DNA of 56,346 nt from Chloroflexota bacterium (GCA_002699165.1 PABO01000008.1:12044-68389); one strand, 5' to 3'; counted from the first letter of the stretch, positions 45,241 to 53,031 are shown. The notes: generated by a model not told the origin, from the sequence alone. Translations and numbers: made by a program.

Positions 45241-45613
45241 TTCATTAATTGATGGTTTTAATTTATTTTGGATAGGAACCAGTGTTGTTTTTGTAGTTTT
45301 AATTGTACTTTTGGTTTCTATAAATATTCTTACTTTCATTGAAACTAAATTTTTTCAAAAAGATAGCGCTAATAATAAAATAATCAATCAAGAAAATGAT
45401 GATAATCTTATGGATATAGCAGCAGCAATTGCAGTTTCAATTTATAAAAAAAGTAAAAGTAGAACAAATGAAATAGCAGCAGCAGTTGCAGTTTCTTTGT
45501 ATCAAAATAATAAAAATAAAATAGATAACGCTAATAAAATAAATACAATTGAATCATCTTGGATTACAATTAATCGTTCTAGGATGATGCATAAAAAAAC
45601 TAAAAGGGTGTAA
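45233..45613 (+). CDS. OadG-like (decarboxylase gamma/delta) single-TM protein with duplicated AAA(I/V)AVS(I/L)Y motif
   Basis: N-terminus LIDGFNLFWIGTSVVFVVLIVLLV resembles OadG (L-EG-NLM--GMG-VF-FL). Cytoplasmic tail has two 19-aa repeats. TTG start overlaps pxpC by 8 nt. Confidence 0.55.
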   Translation: MNNSLIDGFNLFWIGTSVVFVVLIVLLVSINILTFIETKFFQKDSANNKIINQENDDNLMDIAAAIAVSIYKKSKSRTNEIAAAVAVSLYQNNKNKIDNANKINTIESSWITINRSRMMHKKTKRV

Positions 45614-45614
45614 T

Positions 45615-46079
45615 TTGAGTAAGTATAAATTAAGTATAAATGGTCAAAGCTTTGATGTAGAAATTATTTCAGAAAATAATAACTCATTTGAAGTTATGGT
45701 AAATGGCGAAATTTTAGAAGTAGAGAAAGACAAAGAATCATCAACTAAACTTACTAGTTCAAATACTCCAAAAGAAATTGTTAGCAATACATCTAATTCT
45801 AAAAATGACTCAAGTATTACTAAAACTCAAAAAACTAAATCTGATCCTATAGATTCTAAGATAAAAGGAAATTCAATTAATGCTCTTATGCCTGGAAAGG
45901 TATTAAAAGTTTTAGTATCTGAGGGACAAATAGTTGATTCAGATGCACCTTTATTAGTTATTGAATCAATGAAAATGGAAAATGTTATCTCGTCTAGCAA
46001 ATCAGGAAAAATAACAAAAATACATGTCAATGTTGATGACAATGTTCAGTATGACCAACCATTGATTGAAATAAATTAA
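45615..46079 (+). CDS. biotinyl carrier protein of MmdC/GcdC/OadA-C type
   Basis: YKLSINGQSFDVEI N-domain, long S/T/N/K-rich linker, C-terminal PLLVIESMKMENVI biotinyl-lysine motif. TTG start 1 nt after the previous stop. Confidence 0.8.
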   Translation: MSKYKLSINGQSFDVEIISENNNSFEVMVNGEILEVEKDKESSTKLTSSNTPKEIVSNTSNSKNDSSITKTQKTKSDPIDSKIKGNSINALMPGKVLKVLVSEGQIVDSDAPLLVIESMKMENVISSSKSGKITKIHVNVDDNVQYDQPLIEIN

Positions 46080-46096
46080 ATTTTGAGAATATATAA

Positions 46097-47296
46097 ATGA
46101 TAGATTACATAGAACCTTTAATTGAAGGAATTAATGACTTAATTTCTAATCCAAAAATGATAATAATGTGGATTATTTCAGGTCTTCTTTTCTATGTAGG
46201 TATATACAAAAAGAAAGAACCTTTATTACTAGTTCCAATTTCGAGTGGAATTTTATTGGCAAATCTTCCCATGGGTGAATTAATTCGAATTGGAGGTAAT
46301 GGAGAGCCTGATGGCTTTCTTAGGATTTTTCAAAATATAGGAATGACAAATGATCTACTTCCATTATTGATTTTCTTAGGAATGGGTGCATTGACAGACT
46401 TTGAACCGGTTCTTTCTAATCCTAAAACATTACTTTTAGGAGCCGCAGCTCAAATTGGAGTTTTTGCCGCATTATTAGGGGCATTATTTATAAGTATGAC
46501 TCCCTTTTTTGATTTTGGGTTACTTGAGGCTGCGTCAATAGGAATTATTGGTGGTGCAGATGGTCCTACCACAATTTTTATATCTACAAGAATGAGAGAA
46601 ATTGGGAATAGTTTACCTTTATACCAAATGAGCGATATTGTGGGTGCAACTGCTGTTGCAGCATATTCTTACATGGCTTTAGTTCCAATAATTCAGCCTC
46701 CAATCATAAGATTGTTTACCACGAGAAATGAACGTAGAATCAGAATGGATTATTCTGATAAAAAGATTTCTAAAAGAACAAAAATTTTGTTTCCAATATT
46801 AACGATTATCATAGTTAGTATTTTAGTCCCAGATGCATCTCCGCTTATTTCAATTATGATGTTTGGAAATATTTTGAGAGAATCTGGGGTTGTTGATAGA
46901 CTTGCAAAAACTGCACAAAATGAACTTATGAATATAGTAATTATTTTGCTTGGATTATCAGTTGGGGCTACAATGCCAGCTAGTGTCTTCTTGAAAATAG
47001 AAACAATTTCAATTTTTATTCTTGGACTTGTATCTTTTATATTTGCAACAATTTCTGGTATTTTACTCGCAAAAATAATGAATCTATTTTTGAAAAAACC
47101 AATAAATCCTATGATAGGTGCGGCTGGAGTATCAGCCGTTCCTATGGCGGCAAGAGTAGTACAAAATGAAGCATTCAAGGAAGATCCCGAAAACTATATT
47201 CTTATGCATGCTATGGGTCCCAATATAGCTGGAGTAATTGGTACAGCAACTGTTGCAGGTGTTCTTTTGGCTATCGTTCCACAACTGGTGGGATAA
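46097..47296 (+). CDS. sodium-ion-translocating decarboxylase beta subunit (OadB/GcdB/MmdB family)
   Basis: 399 aa, polytopic. GILLANLP, GMGALTDF, GIIGGADGPT, GAAGVSAVPMAARV segments are typical of the OAD_beta family. Confidence 0.87.
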   Translation: MIDYIEPLIEGINDLISNPKMIIMWIISGLLFYVGIYKKKEPLLLVPISSGILLANLPMGELIRIGGNGEPDGFLRIFQNIGMTNDLLPLLIFLGMGALTDFEPVLSNPKTLLLGAAAQIGVFAALLGALFISMTPFFDFGLLEAASIGIIGGADGPTTIFISTRMREIGNSLPLYQMSDIVGATAVAAYSYMALVPIIQPPIIRLFTTRNERRIRMDYSDKKISKRTKILFPILTIIIVSILVPDASPLISIMMFGNILRESGVVDRLAKTAQNELMNIVIILLGLSVGATMPASVFLKIETISIFILGLVSFIFATISGILLAKIMNLFLKKPINPMIGAAGVSAVPMAARVVQNEAFKEDPENYILMHAMGPNIAGVIGTATVAGVLLAIVPQLVG

Positions 47297-47299
47297 ATA

Positions 47300-48055
47300 A
47301 TGGAATACTCTATATATATTTATTTAATTTTATCTATACTCTGCTTACTTATTGGATTCTTGGGAGGTTTTTTAGGAATTGCTTTAGGAGCAGTTAGATT
47401 ACCAATTATTATTATTTTAGGTATAGAACCTATAATTGCTGCATCTACAAATTTATTAGCAGTCATATTTGGATCTTTTGCTGGTTTGATCCCCGCAATA
47501 AAACAAAATAGAGTTCCTCTAAGATCTTCTTTTATAATTTCAATTCCATCAATGATTGCAGCTTTTTTAGGAGGTTATTTCGCACTTCAGATACCAGAAT
47601 TAGTATTGCTCATTATAATGATTTTTTGTCTAGTTTTATCAGGCTTAGTTATGACTTTTTATCAGTTAAGTGAGTCTGAGGACAAAAATTCAAAGATAAG
47701 TTCTTACAAAGAAATTATTGTAGGGATTTTAATATCATATTTTGGAGGAACCGTTGGTTTAGCTTTAGGTGTTTTGAGAGTTCCAGCATTCGTATATTTT
47801 CTTAAGATGAATATTAAAACTGCTGGAGGCATAAACCTATTATTGTCAATTTTAGTAGGGATTTCAGCTTATCTTGGTCATTCTTTCTCAGGAGGAATTG
47901 ATTATTATCTTGTGGTAGTAATTGTCTTTCCAACTATAATAGGAATGTACTTTGGTTCGCGATTTGTAACAATTGCTAATGATAATCAGCTTAGAAAAAT
48001 CCTAGGATTTACTTTACTTGTTTTAGCCTTAGTGTTACTGGTAAGAGAGATTTAG
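47300..48055 (+). CDS. TauE/SafE (DUF81) family anion permease
   Basis: 251 aa, about 7-8 TM, internal duplication with G-rich helices (GGFLGIALGAVRLP / GGTVGLALGVLRVP). 3-nt gap after the beta subunit. Confidence 0.72.
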   Translation: MEYSIYIYLILSILCLLIGFLGGFLGIALGAVRLPIIIILGIEPIIAASTNLLAVIFGSFAGLIPAIKQNRVPLRSSFIISIPSMIAAFLGGYFALQIPELVLLIIMIFCLVLSGLVMTFYQLSESEDKNSKISSYKEIIVGILISYFGGTVGLALGVLRVPAFVYFLKMNIKTAGGINLLLSILVGISAYLGHSFSGGIDYYLVVVIVFPTIIGMYFGSRFVTIANDNQLRKILGFTLLVLALVLLVREI

Positions 48056-48077
48056 GCAGAATCTATTGACTCTGCCT
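48054..48077. terminator. 7-bp stem / 10-nt loop hairpin between convergent tauE-like and sodN genes (possible bidirectional terminator)
   Basis: AGGCAGA (48054-48060) pairs with TCTGCCT (48071-48077), with T/A-rich flanks. It is the only convergent junction in the window with a hairpin. Confidence 0.4.
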
Positions 48078-48087
48078 ATAAAATCTA

Positions 48088-48507
48088 TTATTTTTTAGTT
48101 TCCCAAAAAATATCTCCAATTTCTTCTAAAGCAGCCTTAAATTCTTTAGCTTTTTCAAGATCTACATTAACTTTTACGTGAGATCCAAGCTTACAAGCAT
48201 TCCAAACTTTTTCGTGAAGATCAGGATACTTTTCTAGGTGTTCAGGTTTAAAGTAATCTGTCCAAATTACTAAAATATCATCTTTAGCTTTCTTTGCATG
48301 TTCTTCTTTTGCTGTAACGTATCTAATCATAGAATTAGCCCCAGAAACTCCAGATGGATATTCTAGTTCAAGCATTAATTCAGTCATTCTTACAACTGTT
48401 TGAGCTGCTTGTATTGCATCTTTTGGATCGTATATTCCACACGGAATATCACAATGACTGGTAGCTTCATGCACATTGAATACTTTTTCAAAAATATTAC
48501 TTAACAT
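48088..48507 (-). CDS. sodN: nickel superoxide dismutase precursor
   Basis: Propeptide MLSNIFEKVFNVHEATS followed by the HCDIPCGIYDP Ni-hook. ATG at 48507 has a GGAGAA SD. The 45-codon upstream extension in the track is rejected. Confidence 0.9.
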   Translation of the reverse strand: MLSNIFEKVFNVHEATSHCDIPCGIYDPKDAIQAAQTVVRMTELMLELEYPSGVSGANSMIRYVTAKEEHAKKAKDDILVIWTDYFKPEHLEKYPDLHEKVWNACKLGSHVKVNVDLEKAKEFKAALEEIGDIFWETKK

Positions 48508-48631
48508 TTTTTCTCCTTGTTTGATTTTTTTATTGTAGCTATAGAATATATATATTATGCTAAATTTCCAAAGTTTGATAATACCTTTTATTAAAAATTT
48601 TATAAATATACTTTTTTTTCGAAAGAAATAT

Positions 48632-49021
48632 ATGATTTTCAAAATCTCTGAAATTCATAGTAATAGTATGGAACCTAATTTTCATGAAGGAAACTATTAC
48701 ATAGTAAAAAAAAATTCAGATACTAAAAAAATAAAAAGGTTCGATGTTTTAGTATATTTTTGTAAAATACACAATCTTAATCACATAAAAAGGGTTATTG
48801 GATTACCCAATGAAAAATTATTATTTAAGGGAAAAGAATTCTTTATTGATAACAAATTTATCAAAACCTTTTCAATCTCAGATTCTATAAGATTAGAGTT
48901 TGAAATTGATGATAATTCACTGTTTTTATTATCAGATAATTTATCATTATTTGGAAAATCTTGTGATTCAATTAAGAATGGTCCCATTGAGAAAGAAAAT
49001 ATTATAGGTTTTATTATTTGA
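48632..49021 (+). CDS. sodX: S26-family signal-peptidase-like Ni-SOD maturation protease
   Basis: HSNSMEPNF (S-M-x-P nucleophile box) and IKRVIGLPNEKL (K-R box). Divergent from sodN. Start taken at ATG 48632. Confidence 0.7.
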   Translation: MIFKISEIHSNSMEPNFHEGNYYIVKKNSDTKKIKRFDVLVYFCKIHNLNHIKRVIGLPNEKLLFKGKEFFIDNKFIKTFSISDSIRLEFEIDDNSLFLLSDNLSLFGKSCDSIKNGPIEKENIIGFII

Positions 49022-50291
49022 AATATTTTTCTACTAACTTCTTTGATGATAAGACTGCTGTTTCCATTGTGTTTGGTAAATCTTTTATAGTCCAATCTCC
49101 AACGTAATACATTTTTTTATTCTTTTGATTTAAATCTTTATATCCAGTTTGAGTCTGAGTAGCTTTTGGGGATCTGATTAGTAGTGATTTTATAGTTTTA
49201 GTTTTTTGAGAAATATTAAGTTCTTTTCGTAAAGTTTTTTCGTAGTCTGATATTAGTTTTTCATTGGATAACTTAATTAGATTTCCTACTGCACTTAAAG
49301 AGATTACGATTCTAAATTCTTTATTTTTACTTCTAAATTTATTATCAGAAAATATCCATTCTAATTTTGAGTTACTAAAGCTAATAAAATCTTCATCTAT
49401 TACTTTCTTATCAAACCAAAAATATATGTTGATAATCCCATCTGTAGAAAGTTTTATTTTTTTACTATTCAAACCACCTAAATTAATAGCATTACTAATA
49501 TTTGTAGCTAAAATAACTTTGTCATATTTTAGATTTTGATTTTTTCCTTCAAGTAAATATTTTTTTTTAGAATAATGTATATTTACTATTTTTTCTCCAA
49601 GAAATAAATTTGAATTATTTTTCTTTATATAATTTCTGTAATTCTCACTTAATATTTCACTAAAAGGTTTTTTGAAAAAGCAAATACCAATATTTTTTTT
49701 ATAATTGAAAATCATGGTTTTGAATAAATTTACGGCATGATTTATTGGAATTTTGTTAAGTTTTGAATTAAATGCAGGGATACAAATGATTTCCCAAAAC
49801 TTTTTTATCATTTCATTATTTTGATTATTTTTTTTCAACCAAGATTCCAATGATATTTTAGATTTATGATTATCTAGTTTTGATAGCTTGTATAAAGCAA
49901 ATATTATTTTCAATCTCTCATAAAACTTTAAGTTTTTATAGTTTAATACTGAAAAAATTAAATTTAGAGGGTATATTGAGACATTTGATTTAAGGTGGTA
50001 TTTTTTTGAATTTTCTTGAATTACGATTTTTAATTTTTTCCCAATACTTAGATATTTTGTGCTGCTTAATTTTTCTAATATTTCAATAAAATTTTTGTAT
50101 GACGGTAAAAAAACATGCTGACCTATATCAATACTTTTTTCATCTTTATTTATTGAACCGGCTCTTCCCCCTAAGTTTTTTTTGGATTCATAAATATCTA
50201 CTTTATAACCTTTTTCAATAAGATATACAGATGTAGCTATCCCAGAAATACCTCCGCCAATAATTGCTATTTTTTCTTTATTTTTTTTCAA
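49014..50291 (-). CDS. FAD-dependent amine-oxidase-fold desaturase/oxidoreductase (HpnE / CrtI-CrtN-like)
   Basis: IAIIGGGISGIATSVYL...YESKKNLGGRAGS dinucleotide-binding signature, C-terminal YYVGDW. 425 aa is closer to HpnE length than to CrtI. Confidence 0.65.
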   Translation of the reverse strand: MKKNKEKIAIIGGGISGIATSVYLIEKGYKVDIYESKKNLGGRAGSINKDEKSIDIGQHVFLPSYKNFIEILEKLSSTKYLSIGKKLKIVIQENSKKYHLKSNVSIYPLNLIFSVLNYKNLKFYERLKIIFALYKLSKLDNHKSKISLESWLKKNNQNNEMIKKFWEIICIPAFNSKLNKIPINHAVNLFKTMIFNYKKNIGICFFKKPFSEILSENYRNYIKKNNSNLFLGEKIVNIHYSKKKYLLEGKNQNLKYDKVILATNISNAINLGGLNSKKIKLSTDGIINIYFWFDKKVIDEDFISFSNSKLEWIFSDNKFRSKNKEFRIVISLSAVGNLIKLSNEKLISDYEKTLRKELNISQKTKTIKSLLIRSPKATQTQTGYKDLNQKNKKMYYVGDWTIKDLPNTMETAVLSSKKLVEKYFK

Positions 50292-51193
50292 TTTTTAAAA
50301 AGGGATTTGAGTATTGATTTGATTATTATTATAAATTTTTCAAAAGAATTTGTTTTAGGTTTTTTCTGGAGTATTTCTGATTTATTTTTTTTTATTTTAT
50401 TAAGAATAATTTCACCCGAGCTAATGAATATTTGTATTATAATTGAGTCTTTTCTACTTAAATGTGATGTTAGTTTTTGTCCTTCGATATATAGATTTTT
50501 ATTAATATCCACTAATTCAATTATCAAGTTCTCAAATTGTTTTTTTATATCATTATCATCAGTTATTCTTTGATCAATTGAGTTTGAAATATTAACTTTG
50601 TGCTTTTTTAGTAAATCTTCAGGTATGTATATTCTGTTTTTTTCTAGGTCGATTTTAATATCTTGAATAAAATTTGTTATTTGCAAACCTGTACAAATTT
50701 TATTAGATAATTCAATAAGATTTTTATCAGTATAGCCTAAAATTCTTAAGACAATTTCTCCTACTGGATTTGCAGAATGATCACAATAATAATAAAGCTC
50801 TTCCAGTGATTTGTATTTATTTTTTTTTTGATCTATTGAGTTTGCTTTTATTAATTTTTGAAATGGAACCTTTGATAAATTATATTTTTTTATTGTTTTT
50901 TCTAATGCTATAAAAATGGGGTTTGTAGATTTGCTTTTAAAGGCAAGCTCTAATTGGTTTTTCCAAATTTCTAAACTAGGAAATATTTCTTCTTGAGGAA
51001 GCTCATCTCCTATATAATCTATTCCTCTTGAAAATGCATATATGCTTGCAAAGTCATCCATAAGGTTTTTATTTAGAAAAAACATAAATATTGGAAAGTT
51101 TTCATAGTTTTTATTTATGATTTCATAACAAATCTTAATTGATGCTTTATACGTTAATTTTGATTGATTTTTGTTAAAAATTAAATTTTTCAT
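50288..51193 (-). CDS. squalene/phytoene synthase family enzyme (HpnC/HpnD/CrtB-CrtM-like)
   Basis: YAFSRGIDYIGDE (first Asp-rich motif) and LQITNFIQDIKIDLEKNRIYIP (second motif, NF-QD form as in HpnC-type). ATGA overlap with the downstream gene. Confidence 0.75.
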   Translation of the reverse strand: MKNLIFNKNQSKLTYKASIKICYEIINKNYENFPIFMFFLNKNLMDDFASIYAFSRGIDYIGDELPQEEIFPSLEIWKNQLELAFKSKSTNPIFIALEKTIKKYNLSKVPFQKLIKANSIDQKKNKYKSLEELYYYCDHSANPVGEIVLRILGYTDKNLIELSNKICTGLQITNFIQDIKIDLEKNRIYIPEDLLKKHKVNISNSIDQRITDDNDIKKQFENLIIELVDINKNLYIEGQKLTSHLSRKDSIIIQIFISSGEIILNKIKKNKSEILQKKPKTNSFEKFIIIIKSILKSLFKN

Positions 51194-51194
51194 A

Positions 51195-51857
51195 TCAATT
51201 TATTTTTGAAAATTCTAATATCAATTTTTTTTGAATTATTTCATTCTTGATTTTTCTTGAAGTTATATTATAGAAATATAATTCTTTGAAAAATCTTTTT
51301 ATTACATTCCAGGTACCAGAATTTTGACTCTGGTTCTGATTTATAGGGAAACTTGAATGTATTATTCTAACTAAAGATATTTTGAGAGAATTATTTTGGA
51401 TAAATTGATTTAATTTTGAAGAATAATTATCAATATAAGTTCCACTCAGATTGTCATTAATCCATTTTTTTGCTTTTAATCTTTTATGTATATTTTGTGA
51501 ATTTTCTAATTCTATTCCAGATCCTATGTAATGTTCAAAGGTATGTTTCTCTAATATGTCACAAATAGACTTATTTAATTCTTCATATGTTTCCATCCAT
51601 CTGTCTTCTCTTGGAATGGACCAATTGATTGGCTTAGAATTGTAACTAATAGTTTCTTTTGCAACTACGATACTACCATTGTTAATATGACTAGTAGTTT
51701 GAAGGGCAAAATCTAGAGAAATAATTTTTTCAGGTTTCGAATCATTAATTATTTTTTTTAGTTCACCGAAATCATCATTTTTTTTTGTATAGTAAACTAT
51801 GAAATTTTTACTGTCAGATTTATCTTTAAGGTACTTATTGATTATTAATAGATTCAT
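51195..51857 (-). CDS. hypothetical protein, weak resemblance to PNP/UDP-type phosphorylase fold (HpnG-like) with altered motif
   Basis: By eye only. EKIISLDFALQ...NGSIVVAKE resembles ISFG-AGGL...GD-VVA. TYIDNYSSKL...LVRIIHS resembles AVDMES...LRVV-D. 1-nt overlap with the upstream gene. Confidence 0.35.
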   Translation of the reverse strand: MNLLIINKYLKDKSDSKNFIVYYTKKNDDFGELKKIINDSKPEKIISLDFALQTTSHINNGSIVVAKETISYNSKPINWSIPREDRWMETYEELNKSICDILEKHTFEHYIGSGIELENSQNIHKRLKAKKWINDNLSGTYIDNYSSKLNQFIQNNSLKISLVRIIHSSFPINQNQSQNSGTWNVIKRFFKELYFYNITSRKIKNEIIQKKLILEFSKIN

Positions 51858-52876
51858 TACTTTGTTCGATGCATCAAGAAAAAGTTTGTATCCAAAAGCA
51901 TTAGCTTGTATTTATCATTTATATCTAATTTTTCAATTAATGATATCGTAAGTTTGTATTTATCATTCAGTATTGAGTTACAGTAAGATTCAATTTTATA
52001 TTTATCCATCAGGTTTAGAATAATCGTTTTATCCTCTTCGCTAATTTTTTTGTTAAAAATTTCATTAATCTTTTCTTTATCTGTGACATCACAAGTTTGG
52101 ATAAGTTTTAATATTGGGAATGATTTCTTTTTCTTTAATATATCGCTTCCTATAGGTTTTCCGAAATCTTTATTCCCCCATATACCTAATACATCATCTT
52201 TTATCTGGAACATATGACCAAAAGTATTTCCTATTTCTTTAAAAATCTCAGTTGTTTTTTTATTACTTGGTTCTAATACAGAACCTAATATAACTGAAGT
52301 TTTAATTAGTGCTCCTGTTTTCTTCTCAATCATGCTTAAGTAATTCTCTACACTGATTTCTTTTGATGATTCAAAATCAATATCTAAATATTGACCTTCA
52401 ATTACTTCTATGCATGTTTTATTAATTATTTTTCTAAGTTCTACTAATTTATTTTTATCCTTAATATCAATATTTTCAATTGCTTTACTTGCCAATGCAT
52501 GCATAGAACTGCCAGAAATTATTCCAACCTCTTCTCCCCAAATTTTCCATACTGTTTTACGATTTCTTCTAAATTCATCTCTATCTTCAATATCATCATG
52601 AATTAATGAAAAGTTATGAAATAATTCTATAGACATTGCCAAAGGTAGGATATTTTTTTCTTTACCTCCCAATGCTTCATTTATAAGCATCATTATAGAA
52701 GGCCTAAAAGCCTTCCCTGTGGCATTATCATCCTTTCCATTCTCTTTTATCCAACCTAAAAAATATTTATGAGTTATGTACAAAGGATCATCAAGCTTTT
52801 TGTAAAAATCTTTTGTAAATTTATTTAATTCTAATTGATATTTATTAAATAATTGTGGTAGTTGGGGTTTTCTCAT
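51857..52876 (-). CDS. polyprenyl diphosphate synthase (FPP/GGPP synthase family)
   Basis: LIHDDIEDRDEFRRNRKTVW (FARM) and FQIKDDVLG (SARM). Confidence 0.85.
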   Translation of the reverse strand: MRKPQLPQLFNKYQLELNKFTKDFYKKLDDPLYITHKYFLGWIKENGKDDNATGKAFRPSIMMLINEALGGKEKNILPLAMSIELFHNFSLIHDDIEDRDEFRRNRKTVWKIWGEEVGIISGSSMHALASKAIENIDIKDKNKLVELRKIINKTCIEVIEGQYLDIDFESSKEISVENYLSMIEKKTGALIKTSVILGSVLEPSNKKTTEIFKEIGNTFGHMFQIKDDVLGIWGNKDFGKPIGSDILKKKKSFPILKLIQTCDVTDKEKINEIFNKKISEEDKTIILNLMDKYKIESYCNSILNDKYKLTISLIEKLDINDKYKLMLLDTNFFLMHRTK

Positions 52877-52940
52877 TTATTAAAATTGAATTTATTTCTC
52901 AATTATATCTTCCTAAAATCTTTTCGAAAACTATTTGGAT

Positions 52941-52971
52941 ATCTTATAATATTGATATAAGATTATCTTAT
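52941..52971. promoter_or_regulatory. 8-N7-8 perfect inverted repeat ATCTTATA-atattga-TATAAGAT plus a third half-site ATCTTAT; candidate HspR operator (HAIR-like architecture)
   Basis: Read directly: arms 52941-52948 and 52956-52963, third half-site 52965-52971. Lies about 60-90 nt upstream of the hspR-like coding region and overlaps the putative -35. Confidence 0.4.
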
Positions 52972-52981
52972 TAGGTATAAT
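52952..52981 (+). promoter_or_regulatory. putative sigma-70-type promoter: TTGATA (-35), 18 nt, TATAAT (-10)
   Basis: TTGATA at 52952-52957 and TATAAT at 52976-52981. AT-rich context contains other TATAAT-like hexamers, so low confidence. Confidence 0.3.
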
Positions 52982-53031
52982 AATATAATTTATTTATTAT
53001 GATATAATTTTATTATACGAGTAAAGGTAAT

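Noticed and set aside
48508-48642. 45-codon N-terminal extension of the sodN ORF (and the 25-codon extension of sodX, 48557-48631), which would make the two genes overlap head to head.
   Set aside because: Ni-SOD needs a short propeptide directly before HCDxPCG. ATG 48507 has a GGAGAA SD, and the extensions are Ile/Lys/Phe-rich junk.
52999-53007. ATG-ATA-TAA mini-ORF in frame with hspR as evidence for TAA read-through or stop-codon reassignment.
   Set aside because: TAA terminates many well-supported genes in this window (e.g. gyrA, leuD, ccmF), so reassignment is excluded. The ATG lacks an SD. A non-canonical ATT/ATA start with an SD is the simpler explanation.
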